A stretch of DNA of 64,000 bases from Alphaproteobacteria bacterium (GTDB taxonomy: Bacteria; Pseudomonadota; Alphaproteobacteria; MPNO01). Below are positions 1 through 9,050 of the stretch, in pieces. Below the pieces are notes generated by a model. It worked only from the letters and a program-made list of their open reading frames with translations, was not told the origin of the DNA and searched no databases. Position numbers and translations under genes: made by a program. The stretch spans positions 544,001 to 608,000 of the forward strand of contig OZ219866.1 of the NCBI GenBank assembly GCA_964291675.2, in the 5' to 3' direction. Each line of letters begins with the position of its first letter. The first letter of the stretch is position 1.

Positions 1-1
1 C

Positions 2-133
2 GGCGTCGCCGGGCTGTTCGTCAGCGCGCAGGCCGACCCCGGCAGCGTCGGCTATTACGGCGGGCTTGCCATGTTCGCCATCTGCACCCTGTTCATCATG
101 CACCTGATCCGCACGTCGGACAGCCACGGCTGA
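2..133 (+). CDS. 3' end of a small membrane protein (partial)
   Basis: Open frame from the window edge, GVAGLFVSAQADPGSVGYYGGLAMFAICTLFIMHLIRTSDSHG*; hydrophobic, with GC3-biased codons. Confidence 0.5.
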   Translation, partial: GVAGLFVSAQADPGSVGYYGGLAMFAICTLFIMHLIRTSDSHG

Positions 134-137
134 GCCG

Positions 138-764
138 TCAGCCCTTCTTGCGGGCGACGATGTGGAAGATGTGCCAGTGCTTGGGCCGGCCGCGCGGGGT
201 GATGCTGTCGTCCTCTTCCTCCCGCAGATGCTCGACCTCGAACCCGCGGAGCAGCGCATCGACCTCCCGGGCTGAGTGAAAGGTGATCGAAGGGTCGCCG
301 AACCACTCGTCCCGGTCGCCGTAGAGCTGGCCCGCGAAGCGGCCGCCGGGACCGAGGGAGCCGGCGATCCGCGACCACAGCGCGGGAAACGCCCAGGGCG
401 GGCAGAGCGGCAGGGCGAAGCTGGAATTCACCAGCTCCGCAGCCGGCCAGTCGATCTCTTCGAACCGGCCGATCCGGGTTTCTAGCCTGCCGGTCGACGG
501 CAGATCGTCGCGCGCGGCCAGCCGTTCGATGGCCGTCGCCTCGGCGTCGATGGCGAGCACCGCCCAGCCGCGGCGCAGCATCTCGGCGATGTCGCGCCCC
601 CCGCCGCAGCCCAGATCGACCGCCCTGCGCGGGCCGCCGGGCTCGCGTTCGAACGCATCGAGCGCGCGGATCAGGGTCTCGCGCGGCGGGCGCCGGCCGG
701 TCTTGCCGTAGTAGTCGGACCACGCCCCGGGTCCGGCCGCGGGCGTCGCCCGGGGCTCGTGCAT
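138..764 (-). CDS. Class I SAM-dependent methyltransferase (TehB/TPMT-like)
   Basis: Motif I AVDLGCGGGRD; ATG at 764, directly after the HMG-CoA lyase stop. Confidence 0.85.
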   Translation of the reverse strand: MHEPRATPAAGPGAWSDYYGKTGRRPPRETLIRALDAFEREPGGPRRAVDLGCGGGRDIAEMLRRGWAVLAIDAEATAIERLAARDDLPSTGRLETRIGRFEEIDWPAAELVNSSFALPLCPPWAFPALWSRIAGSLGPGGRFAGQLYGDRDEWFGDPSITFHSAREVDALLRGFEVEHLREEEDDSITPRGRPKHWHIFHIVARKKG

Positions 765-772
765 CGCCGGGC

Positions 773-1687
773 TCAGGCGCGCAGCTCGGCCGGCGGGAAG
801 TTGCCCGCGCGGCTGACCATCGCCGGCACCTTGCGGCCGAGCTGCGTCTCGATCCAGCCGGCGGTCTCGATCAGCGTCTCGATATCGATGCCCGTCTCCA
901 CGCCGAGCCGGTGCAGCATGTAGATCAAATCCTCCGAGGGAATGTTGCCGGTCGCCGCCGGCGCGAAAGGACAACCGCCGATGCCGCCGATGCTGGCATC
1001 GAGCGCATGCACCCCCGCCTCCACCGCGGCGAAGGCGTTGGCGATCCCGGTGTTGCGGGTGTTGTGAAAATGCCCGCGCAGCCGCGCCCCGGGCGCCAGC
1101 CGGGCGGCTTCGGCGAACATCTCGGCGACCTCGCCCGGCGCGGCCACCCCGATGGTGTCGGCGATGCCGATCTCGAACAGGCCGAGGCCGGCGCAATGGG
1201 CGATCAGCCCGTGCACCCGTTCCGGCTTCACCGCACCCTGGAACGGGCAGCCGAAGGCGGCGCTGATCGTCGCGCTGCAGCGGATGCCGGCGGCGCGGGC
1301 GGCGCCGGCGATGTCGTCGAGGACGCGCATCCCCTGCTCGATCGTGGTTCCCTGGTTGCGCTCGGAGAAGGCATCGCTGGCGACCAGCGCATAGTTGACC
1401 TCCCGGCAGCCCGCCGCCGCCGCGCGGTCGAAGCCGCGGCGGTTGAGCACCAGCCCGATATAGGTCACGCCGTCGTCCTCCGGCAGCCCGGCCATCACCG
1501 CCTCGGCATCGGCCATCTGCGGGACGCGCCTGGGGTTGACGAAGCTTGCCGCCTCGACCCGCCCCACCCCCGCCGCGACGGCGCGGCGTATCAGCTCCAG
1601 CTTGACTTCGGTCGGCAGGATCTCGGGCTCGTTCTGCAGCCCGTCCCGGGGCGAGACTTCGACCAGTTCGATGCGGCGGCCGGACAT
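773..1687 (-). CDS. Hydroxymethylglutaryl-CoA lyase
   Basis: EVSPRDGLQNE, HFHNTR, GGIGGCPFAP and GNIPSED motifs of the DRE-TIM HMG-CoA lyase family. Confidence 0.92.
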   Translation of the reverse strand: MSGRRIELVEVSPRDGLQNEPEILPTEVKLELIRRAVAAGVGRVEAASFVNPRRVPQMADAEAVMAGLPEDDGVTYIGLVLNRRGFDRAAAAGCREVNYALVASDAFSERNQGTTIEQGMRVLDDIAGAARAAGIRCSATISAAFGCPFQGAVKPERVHGLIAHCAGLGLFEIGIADTIGVAAPGEVAEMFAEAARLAPGARLRGHFHNTRNTGIANAFAAVEAGVHALDASIGGIGGCPFAPAATGNIPSEDLIYMLHRLGVETGIDIETLIETAGWIETQLGRKVPAMVSRAGNFPPAELRA

Positions 1688-1879
1688 CGGGAGCTCCTCG
1701 CAGGGGGTGGGCCGATTTTCGGGCAAGGGCTGCGGCTTCACAATCGAATTCGGCCGAACTCGGCAACCCGTCACGGGCGGGGCTTCGTTGCCGGAACCGA
1801 TCGGTTTCGGCTAGACTGGCGGCGTGTCGCTCGGCGCCGCGGTGAAGCGCTGTTGGCCGGGAAACGATCGGTGGGTGCG

Positions 1880-2431
1880 ATGAACGATTGCCCGGCCCTG
1901 GTTCTGAACGCGGATTTCCGACCGCTCAGCTATTTCCCGCTCTCGCTGTGGCCCTGGCAGGAGACCGTCAAGGCGGTCTTCCTCGAGCGCGTGAACATCA
2001 TCTCGGAATACGACCGCGAGGTGCGCTCGCCGGGATTCTCGATGCGCCTGCCGAGCGTGATCGCGCTCAAGCGCTACATCCCGATGTCGCGCCGGCCGGC
2101 CTTCACCCGTTTCAACGTGTTTCTGCGCGACCGCTTCGAGTGCCAGTATTGCGGCGGCGCGCCGGGCACGCCGGAGCTCACCTTCGATCACGTCGTGCCC
2201 CGGTCGCGCGGCGGGCGGACGAGCTGGGTCAACGTGGTCAGCGCATGCACCGCGTGCAATTTGCGCAAGGGCAACCGGCTGCCCAACGAATGCGGGCTGC
2301 GCCCCAGGCGGGCGCCGGTCGAGCCCTCGAACGCGCTGTTGCAGCAGCACGGCCGCGCCTTCCCGCCCAACTACCTGCACGATAGCTGGCGCGACTTCCT
2401 GTACTGGGATTCGGAGCTCGATTCCGGTTAG
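1880..2431 (+). CDS. HNH endonuclease (McrA-like family common in alphaproteobacteria)
   Basis: LVLNADFRPLS start; RDRFECQYCG...TFDHVVPRSRGG...NVVSACTACNLRKG. Confidence 0.9.
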   Translation: MNDCPALVLNADFRPLSYFPLSLWPWQETVKAVFLERVNIISEYDREVRSPGFSMRLPSVIALKRYIPMSRRPAFTRFNVFLRDRFECQYCGGAPGTPELTFDHVVPRSRGGRTSWVNVVSACTACNLRKGNRLPNECGLRPRRAPVEPSNALLQQHGRAFPPNYLHDSWRDFLYWDSELDSG

Positions 2432-2676
2432 TGCCGCTTGGCGCTGACCACCAGGGCGTCGACCGTCTCCTCGCCGAGAGCGCGGACCGCCTCCAGGCGG
2501 TGCAGCCCCTCGACCAGGACATAGCGCGCTTCGTCGCGGCGCACATGGATCGGGTTCTTCAGACCGTTCTCCAGGATGTCGAGGGCGAGCGCGTCGACCT
2601 TGGCGTCGTCCCGCGTGCGGCGCCGCTTGGCCGGGACGTAGATCTCGTCGAGCGCGATCGGAACCGACTCGAGCAA
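2428..2676 (-). CDS. Small stand-alone ParB N-terminal/sulfiredoxin-like domain protein
   Basis: ILENGLKNPIHV...YVLVEGLHRLEA (GxHR motif); TTG start at 2676 preceded by an AAGGAGG RBS. Confidence 0.8.
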   Translation of the reverse strand: MLESVPIALDEIYVPAKRRRTRDDAKVDALALDILENGLKNPIHVRRDEARYVLVEGLHRLEAVRALGEETVDALVVSAKRH

Positions 2677-2786
2677 CGCGCCTCCTTTTGGCGTCCCGGG
2701 CCGGCGCGGAATCGTGTAATGTCGCCGCCGCGTCGCCATCGTTATCTTCGGCGAGAATCCGGCGGGGGTCAAACGGGACGGACGGG

Positions 2787-3419
2787 ATGCAGCCGGTCAA
2801 GGTCACACTCTATCGCTGGGCGGGCGCCTGGGGTCCGTTCAAGGTCAAGATCCCGTGCGGCGAATGCTCGCTGACCCGGGACGTGATCGCCGATGTGATC
2901 GAGACCGAGCTCGGCGGCGTCCCGGTCGAGGTCGACACCCGCGACTGGCTGTCGGAATGGTGGAAACCCCTGCCCAAAGGCGGCTGGCACGCGCCGATCG
3001 TGCTGGTGGAGGGCCGCATCGTCAGCCAGGGCGCGGCGCTCAACCGGGGCGTGCTGACCCAGGCGATCATCGAGGCCCACGCCAAGCGCGCCCCGGTCTC
3101 GGGCAACCGGCTGTTCGGCAAGGCGACCTGCCCGCACTGCGTCCGCGCCAAGGGCTATCTCGACCAGGCGGGGATCGACTACGCCTATCACGACGTGGTG
3201 CGCGAGCCGGCGGCGCTCTACGAGATGCTGGCCCGGGTGAAGCCGATCGTCGGCCCCAAGACGCCGATCACGGTGCCGCAGATCTGGATCGACGGGGACT
3301 ATGTCGGCGGCGCGGACGCGCTGGCCGTGATCGTCGAACGCGCGGTCGAGCCCAACCCGGATCGCGGCCAGTGCTCGATCTCGCCGGGCCGGCTCGGACA
3401 GGCCAGGCGCGCGGCGTAA
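2787..3419 (+). CDS. Two-domain glutaredoxin-family protein
   Basis: N-terminal CGEC; C-terminal Grx domain CPHC...TVPQIWIDGDYVGG. Confidence 0.85.
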   Translation: MQPVKVTLYRWAGAWGPFKVKIPCGECSLTRDVIADVIETELGGVPVEVDTRDWLSEWWKPLPKGGWHAPIVLVEGRIVSQGAALNRGVLTQAIIEAHAKRAPVSGNRLFGKATCPHCVRAKGYLDQAGIDYAYHDVVREPAALYEMLARVKPIVGPKTPITVPQIWIDGDYVGGADALAVIVERAVEPNPDRGQCSISPGRLGQARRAA

Positions 3420-3479
3420 GGCGGGCGCGCGGGTGAGCGATATCCGCCTCGTGCTCCGCGACGGCTGAGGGGGTCCCGG

Positions 3480-4682
3480 TTGCGCTGCGAAGTGGTCGCC
3501 ATCGGCACCGAATTGCTGCTCGGACAGATCGTCGACACCAACTCGTCCTGGATCGGCGAGCGGCTGGCGCTGATCGGCATCGACTCCCACTTCCAGGTCA
3601 AGGTCGGCGACAACCCCGAACGCATGGAGTTCTGCATCCGCCAGGCGCTCGGGCGCAGCGACGCGGTGATCTGCTGCGGCGGGCTGGGCCCGACCCAGGA
3701 CGACATCACCCGCGAGGCGATCGCCCGGGTGATGGGGGTGGAGCTCCGCCGCGACCCGGCCGTCGAGCAGCGCATCGTCGATCTGTTCAGGGCGCGCGGC
3801 CGGGCGATGACCGAGAACAACCGGCGCCAGGCCGACATCCCGCTCGGCGGGCGGCCGATCGACCAGATGCCGGGCACCGCGCCGGGGCTGGTCTGCCCGG
3901 TCGGCGAAAAGGTGATCTACGCCGTCCCCGGCGTGCCCTACGAGATGCGCGAGATGATGGAGGGAACGGTGCTGCCCGACCTCCAGCGGCGGTCCGGCGG
4001 CGCGGCGGTCATCCGCAGCCGGGTGCTGCGCACGTGGGGGCAGAGCGAATCGGGGCTCGCCGAGATCCTGGCCGGGCGCATCCGCGCGCTCGACGGGATC
4101 GGCAACCCGACCCTCGCCTTCCAGGCTTCCGGCGCCGACGGGCTCAAGGTGCGGATCACCGCCAAGGCCGCCGACGAGGCCGCCGCCGCCGCGATCCTGG
4201 CCGAGGAGGAGACGCTGGTTCGCGAGCTCCTGGGCGACGTGATCTTCGGCGTCGACGAGGAGACCATGGAATCGGTGGTGCTCGCGGCGCTCCGCGAATC
4301 CGGCCTGACCCTCGCGGTCGCGGAAGGCTTTACCGGCGGGCTCGTCGCCGCCCGGCTCACCCGGCTCGACCCGGAGATGGAAGTCTTCGTCGGCGGCACG
4401 CTCGGACCGAGGGGCGGGGCGGAAGATTCGGCGTCGACCGGGGAGGCGCGCGCGGCGGAGGCGGCGATGCGGGTTCGCGCCGCGCTCGGCGCCTCCATCG
4501 GGATCGCCGCGATCGGCCGCGAGACGGGCGAGGACGTGCCGCCCGGCACCGCCCGCATGGCGGTCGCCGCGGGCGGGGAGACCCGCACCCACAGCGTCGC
4601 GCTCCCCGGCGACCGCAAGCAGGCGCGGGAATACGCGGTCATCCACCTGCTGAGCTTTCTCAGGCGCACCCTCGCCGCCTGA
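3480..4682 (+). CDS. cinA: CinA-family protein (MoCF/ADP-ribose pyrophosphatase domain plus degenerate PncC domain)
   Basis: IGTELLLGQIVDTNS, GGLGPTQDDITR, GTAPG and PGVPYEM motifs; the C-terminal domain has AEGFTGG. Confidence 0.88.
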   Translation: MRCEVVAIGTELLLGQIVDTNSSWIGERLALIGIDSHFQVKVGDNPERMEFCIRQALGRSDAVICCGGLGPTQDDITREAIARVMGVELRRDPAVEQRIVDLFRARGRAMTENNRRQADIPLGGRPIDQMPGTAPGLVCPVGEKVIYAVPGVPYEMREMMEGTVLPDLQRRSGGAAVIRSRVLRTWGQSESGLAEILAGRIRALDGIGNPTLAFQASGADGLKVRITAKAADEAAAAAILAEEETLVRELLGDVIFGVDEETMESVVLAALRESGLTLAVAEGFTGGLVAARLTRLDPEMEVFVGGTLGPRGGAEDSASTGEARAAEAAMRVRAALGASIGIAAIGRETGEDVPPGTARMAVAAGGETRTHSVALPGDRKQAREYAVIHLLSFLRRTLAA

Positions 4683-4762
4683 GCGCGGTTCGCCTTGGGC
4701 GGGGGAATGCGCTAACCTTGGCGCCGATCCCGCCCTCGAACGGGGCGCTCGGGAGGCGGCGC

Positions 4763-5233
4763 TTGCGTCTTTCCATCGGCCATGTCGGGCTCCACGTCCG
4801 CGACCTCGAAGAGGAGATCGCGTTCCTGGAGCTGATCGGCGGCGAGCTCACCTGCATCGACCGGGCGCCGGCCGGCCGCGTCGCCTTCGTCTCGCTCGAC
4901 GGCGAGCGGCACCATTCGCTCGCCCTGTTCGAGGACGGAAGGAGGCTGCCGAGCGGCAATTCCAAGACCGAGCCCGCCGGAATCCACCACATCGCGCTGC
5001 CGGCCGCGAGCATCGACGAGGTCAGGTCCTGGGAGCGGAAGCTCGCCGCCGCCGGGATCGAGATCGACGGCCCCCATGTGCAGGGCCCCGAGGGCGGCGG
5101 GCTCGACGGCGGCAGCGGCAGCTACGCGATCTTCTTCAACGATCCCAACGGCATCTGCTTCGAGATCTATGCCGGCGCCATGACGCTGCCGGAGTTCCGC
5201 CGCGCCGAGGCGGCGCGGGCGGCGGCCGAGTGA
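4763..5233 (+). CDS. VOC/glyoxalase family protein
   Basis: IGHVGLHVRDL, GIHHIAL, FFNDPNGICFEI; TTG start after GGGAGG. Confidence 0.85.
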   Translation: MRLSIGHVGLHVRDLEEEIAFLELIGGELTCIDRAPAGRVAFVSLDGERHHSLALFEDGRRLPSGNSKTEPAGIHHIALPAASIDEVRSWERKLAAAGIEIDGPHVQGPEGGGLDGGSGSYAIFFNDPNGICFEIYAGAMTLPEFRRAEAARAAAE

Positions 5234-5246
5234 CGGCGGCCGGCCG

Positions 5247-5978
5247 GTGAGCGATCCCGCCGCGACCGAGGACGCGCCGCGCCCGAGCGTCTACTCCGGC
5301 GAGAGGACGGTCGAGGCGCCGCCTGTCGATCTGCCCGACCCGCTGGTGCCCGATACGCGGCTCAGGATGGACGGGCTGGAGTTCTTGTCCCTGCTGCCCG
5401 AGGCGGCGATCCCGGTGGCGTTCCTCGACCCGCAATATCGCGGCGTTCTCGAAAAGCTCAAATACGGCAACGAGGGCGAGCTGCGCGGCAAGCGGCGCGC
5501 CGCGCTGGTGCAGATGAAGGTGGAGACCATCGTCGCCTTCATCCGCGGCATCGACCGCGCGCTGCTGCCGTCGGGCCATCTGTTCCTGTGGATCGACAAG
5601 TACCACCTCTGCCAGGACTTTCACGGCTGGTTCGACGGCACCGGCCTCGAAGTCGTGGACCTGGTGACCTGGGACAAGGGCACGTTCGGCATGGGCTACC
5701 GCACGCGCCGCCGCGCGGAATACTGCGTCGTGCTGCAGAAGAAGCCGCGCCGCGCCAAGGGGGTGTGGAAGATCCACAACATCACCGACATCGTCCTGGA
5801 GAAGGCCGTCCGCAAGGCCCATCCCCATGCCAAGCCGGTGGGACTCCAGGCCGCGCTGATGTCGGCGGTGAGCAACGAGGGCGATTTCGTCATCGACCCG
5901 GCCGCGGGCGCGTTCACCGTCCTCGAAGCGGCCCGCCGGTGCGGCAGGACGTTTCTCGGCTGCGACATAGAAGTGTGA
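5247..5978 (+). CDS. Site-specific DNA methyltransferase (N6-adenine/N4-cytosine, beta class), orphan
   Basis: Catalytic-motif-like FLDPQY N-terminal; HPHAKP and VIDPAAGAFTV...GRTFLGCDI (SAM-binding) C-terminal. Confidence 0.82.
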   Translation: MSDPAATEDAPRPSVYSGERTVEAPPVDLPDPLVPDTRLRMDGLEFLSLLPEAAIPVAFLDPQYRGVLEKLKYGNEGELRGKRRAALVQMKVETIVAFIRGIDRALLPSGHLFLWIDKYHLCQDFHGWFDGTGLEVVDLVTWDKGTFGMGYRTRRRAEYCVVLQKKPRRAKGVWKIHNITDIVLEKAVRKAHPHAKPVGLQAALMSAVSNEGDFVIDPAAGAFTVLEAARRCGRTFLGCDIEV

Positions 5979-5985
5979 GCCCGCC

Positions 5986-7449
5986 ATGCTGAAGACCGGC
6001 GCGGAGCATCTCGCAAGCCTGCGCGACGGGCGGAAGGTCTATATCGGTGGCGAGAAGGTGGACGACGTCACCGCCCACCCCGCGTTCCGCAACGGCGCCC
6101 GGTCGTTCGCGATGCTGTACGACCGCAAGCGCGATCCCGAGAACCTCGACGTCATGTCCTTCGAGGAGGACGGCGAGCGCTACTCGAGCTGGTTCCTGAT
6201 GCCGCGGACGAAGGAGGACCTCCGCAAGCGGACGGAGACCCACCGCCGGATCGCGTCCTGGACCCACGGCCTGCTGGGCCGTTCGCCCGACCACGTCGCG
6301 AGCTTCGTCACCGGGCTCGCCATGCGCCCCGATCTGTTCGACGCCATCCGGCAGGGCTTCGGGGACAACATGGTCCGCTACTACCGGCACATGCGCGAGA
6401 ACGACGTGTGCGCGACCTATACGGTCCTGCCGCCGCAGGGCGCCCGCAGCCCGGAGATGTACGAGCGCGAGGGCATGACGGTGCCGACGCTCCGGGTGAC
6501 CGGCGAGGACGATGCCGGCGTCACCCTCAACGGCATGAAGATGCTCGGGACCTCGGCGATCTTCGCCAACGAGACCTGGGTCGGCAATCTGCTCCCGCTG
6601 GGCCCCGACCAGGTCAAGGAGTCGATCACCTGCGGCGTGCCGCTCAATGCCGAAGGCGTCTCGATCTGGTCGCGCAAGCCGTTCGAGCGGCATGCGGTGA
6701 GCGAGTTCGACAACCCGCTCGCCTGGCGCTTCGACGAGACCGATTCGATGGTCATCTTCAAGGACGTGAAGGTGCCCTGGGAGCGCGTCGTGGTGCACGA
6801 CAACGCCGAGATGTCGCGCGAGATCTATGTGCGCTCGCCGAGCCACGTGATGGGCAACCACCAGTCCAACATCCGCTTCCTGGAGAAGATGAAGCTGATC
6901 CTCGCGGTCGCCCGGCGGGTGACCGACATGAACAATGTCGGCCACATCCCGGCGGTCCAGACCACGCTCGGCGATCTCGCCGCCAAGCTGTCCGGGCTGG
7001 AGGCGATGATTTCGGGGCAGATCGAGAATTGCGAGGAATTTGCGCCCGGCTATGTCAACGCGAACCGGCGTTACATGTATGCCGCGCTCCACTTCTGCAC
7101 CAACGCCTACGGGCAGATCTGCGACACCGTGCGCGAGCTGCTGGGCGGCGGGCCGTTCCAGATGCCGGCCGACATCTCGGTGGTCCGCGACCCGGAGATG
7201 CGCGAGACCTTCGAGACCTACTGGTCGGTCCCCGGCCAGAGCGCGATCGAGCGGATGAAGATCCTGAAACTCGCCTGGGACCTGCTGGGCTCCGAGTTCG
7301 CCGGACGCCACGCGCAGTACGAGAAGTTCTATGCGGGCCCCGGCTTCGTGGTCTCCGGCTACGGCTACCGCCATCTGCCGTGGGAGGAATACGAGGCGGC
7401 GCTCGACGAGACGATGAGCCGCTACGACGTGCCCGAGGACGCCGATTGA
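5986..7449 (+). CDS. 4-hydroxyphenylacetate 3-hydroxylase (HpaB) family flavin monooxygenase, oxygenase component
   Basis: SLRDGRKVYIGGEKVDDVTAHPAF, GRSPDH, RFDETDSMVIFKDVKVPWERV, GSEFAGRHAQYEKFYAG. Confidence 0.9.
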   Translation: MLKTGAEHLASLRDGRKVYIGGEKVDDVTAHPAFRNGARSFAMLYDRKRDPENLDVMSFEEDGERYSSWFLMPRTKEDLRKRTETHRRIASWTHGLLGRSPDHVASFVTGLAMRPDLFDAIRQGFGDNMVRYYRHMRENDVCATYTVLPPQGARSPEMYEREGMTVPTLRVTGEDDAGVTLNGMKMLGTSAIFANETWVGNLLPLGPDQVKESITCGVPLNAEGVSIWSRKPFERHAVSEFDNPLAWRFDETDSMVIFKDVKVPWERVVVHDNAEMSREIYVRSPSHVMGNHQSNIRFLEKMKLILAVARRVTDMNNVGHIPAVQTTLGDLAAKLSGLEAMISGQIENCEEFAPGYVNANRRYMYAALHFCTNAYGQICDTVRELLGGGPFQMPADISVVRDPEMRETFETYWSVPGQSAIERMKILKLAWDLLGSEFAGRHAQYEKFYAGPGFVVSGYGYRHLPWEEYEAALDETMSRYDVPEDAD

Positions 7450-8222
7450 GCGGCGGCGCGGTCGCCATCGCGGTGGACGGGGCGCGACTCCACGGCGAAT
7501 GGTGCGCCGAATCGGTCCCGGGCAGGCCCGCGCTGGTCTTTCTCCATGACGGGTTGGGATCGGTCGCAACATGGCGCGGCCTGCCGGGACGGCTCGGCCG
7601 TCGTCTCGGGGTGGGCGCCTTCGCCTACGACCGGTGGGGTTACGGCCGGTCGGACGGGCGGGTCCCCTTCCCGGTCGACTTCATCGAGCAGGAGGCGGCG
7701 CGGCTCGCGGACATCCTCCGCCTTGCCGGGATCGCAGATCACGCCGTCGTCGGGCACAGCGACGGCGGCACCATCGCGCTGTTGTATGCGGCGCGGAACC
7801 CGGCCGGGCTCAAGGCGACGGTGAGCGTGTCGTCCCACGTTTGTCGCGACCCGCTGGCGGAAGCGCATCTCAAGCGCATCGGGAGACACGCCGCCGAGGG
7901 GTCGCTTCCCGCATGGATGGCCCGGTTTCACGGCGACAAGGCGACCGACGTGGCTTCCTGCTGGTCCGCGGCCTGGCTGGAAATCTTCGCCGCCGACTGG
8001 AACATCGCACCGGCGCTCAAGGGGATCGCCGGACCGCTGCTCGCGCTGCACGGAGAGAACGACGCCCACGGTGTCGCCGACCAGCTCCACAGCATCGCCC
8101 GCGCCGTGCCGCACGCCGACGCGCGGCTGCTCCCCGGCATCGACCACTTCCCGCATCTCGAAGACCCGGAGGGCACGGAGGCGGGGATCGCAGCCTTCCT
8201 TGCCGAGGCGCTGGGGCTATAG
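7446..8222 (+). CDS. Alpha/beta hydrolase
   Basis: LVFLHDGLGS, nucleophile elbow GHSDGG, HFPHLE; TTGA overlap with the upstream stop. Confidence 0.85.
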   Translation: MSGGAVAIAVDGARLHGEWCAESVPGRPALVFLHDGLGSVATWRGLPGRLGRRLGVGAFAYDRWGYGRSDGRVPFPVDFIEQEAARLADILRLAGIADHAVVGHSDGGTIALLYAARNPAGLKATVSVSSHVCRDPLAEAHLKRIGRHAAEGSLPAWMARFHGDKATDVASCWSAAWLEIFAADWNIAPALKGIAGPLLALHGENDAHGVADQLHSIARAVPHADARLLPGIDHFPHLEDPEGTEAGIAAFLAEALGL

Positions 8223-8278
8223 GGGGATTTCCCGCCAACGGCCGACAGTCAGCCGGCGCCATCGCCGACCCCAAAACC

Positions 8279-8408
8279 GTCACCCCGGATCAAGCCCCGG
8301 ATCACAGTCCGGGGCCTGATCCGAGCATCCAAGGGTGCCGCCACCCTCCCGCCCGGCCGCCATGCGCGAGGACCGGCTGCATGGATGCCCAGACTTGATC
8401 CGGGATGC
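8279..8408. repeat. REP-like palindromic element with a nested short palindrome
   Basis: CCCGGATCAAG (8284-8294) pairs with CTTGATCCGGG (8394-8404) and GCATCCA pairs with TGGATGC; nested CCCCGGATC-ACA-GTCCGGGGC at 8295-8315; lies between convergent genes. Confidence 0.7.
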
Positions 8409-8597
8409 AGTGCCTCGTGCTCAGGCGTCGGAGCGATTATCCCCTGATCGCTGCGGGTGGCGCGCCACCGGGTCCGATGGCCGGCAAGTCCTTGCCGCGG
8501 CGCCGAACTCTCGCGTTCGATATCCCGGGAGCCCATCCCTGCGTTGCAATCGGGGACGGGCATGCTCAGGTCGGCGGAAGCGCCTCCAAGGAGTCGT

Positions 8598-9026
8598 TCA
8601 GCCCCCCTCGATCGCCCGGCGGACGGCTTCGGAGTCCTGCTTCTTGACCACCAGGGGGCGCTGGGTCTTGGCGTAGGTGTGCTTCTCGACCAGCTTTCCG
8701 TCGCGGAAATGCAGCAGGTCGAGGCCGCGCCATCCGCCGCCCCGCTCGCCGCTCTCGACGGTCAGCATCCAGCTGATCATCGCCTTTCCGGTCTCGACAT
8801 CGAGGAACATGTCCTCGGTGTGGAAGCGCATCTTGCCGTACTTGCCGTCGAATTGCGGCTCGAAGGCGGCGCGGATCGCGTCCTTGCCGACATGGCGTTC
8901 GCCGTGGAACTCGTCATAGATCGCATCGTCGGCGAAATAGGCCATCACCTCGTCGATGCTCTCGCGGTTGAAGGCCTCGGTGAAATCCTCGACCCACTCG
9001 CCCAACTCTTCGCGGCTCACGCCCAT
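8598..9026 (-). CDS. SnoaL/NTF2-like protein
   Basis: FTEAFNRESIDEVMAYFADDAIY...GKDAIRAAF...GLDLLHFRDGKLVEK. Confidence 0.85.
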   Translation of the reverse strand: MGVSREELGEWVEDFTEAFNRESIDEVMAYFADDAIYDEFHGERHVGKDAIRAAFEPQFDGKYGKMRFHTEDMFLDVETGKAMISWMLTVESGERGGGWRGLDLLHFRDGKLVEKHTYAKTQRPLVVKKQDSEAVRRAIEGG

Positions 9027-9050
9027 TCCATCCTCCGGTTCGCGCGGGGC

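Noticed and set aside
2428-2676. Plasmid or chromosome partition locus
   Set aside because: No ParA, no HTH domain and no parS-like palindrome nearby
1880-5978. HNH nuclease plus DNA methyltransferase as a restriction-modification system
   Set aside because: They are about 2.8 kb apart with four unrelated genes between them, and this HNH type is a common stand-alone family
8249-8676. Small ORFs between the hydrolase and SnoaL genes
   Set aside because: They overlap the REP-like element and have no RBS or recognisable motif
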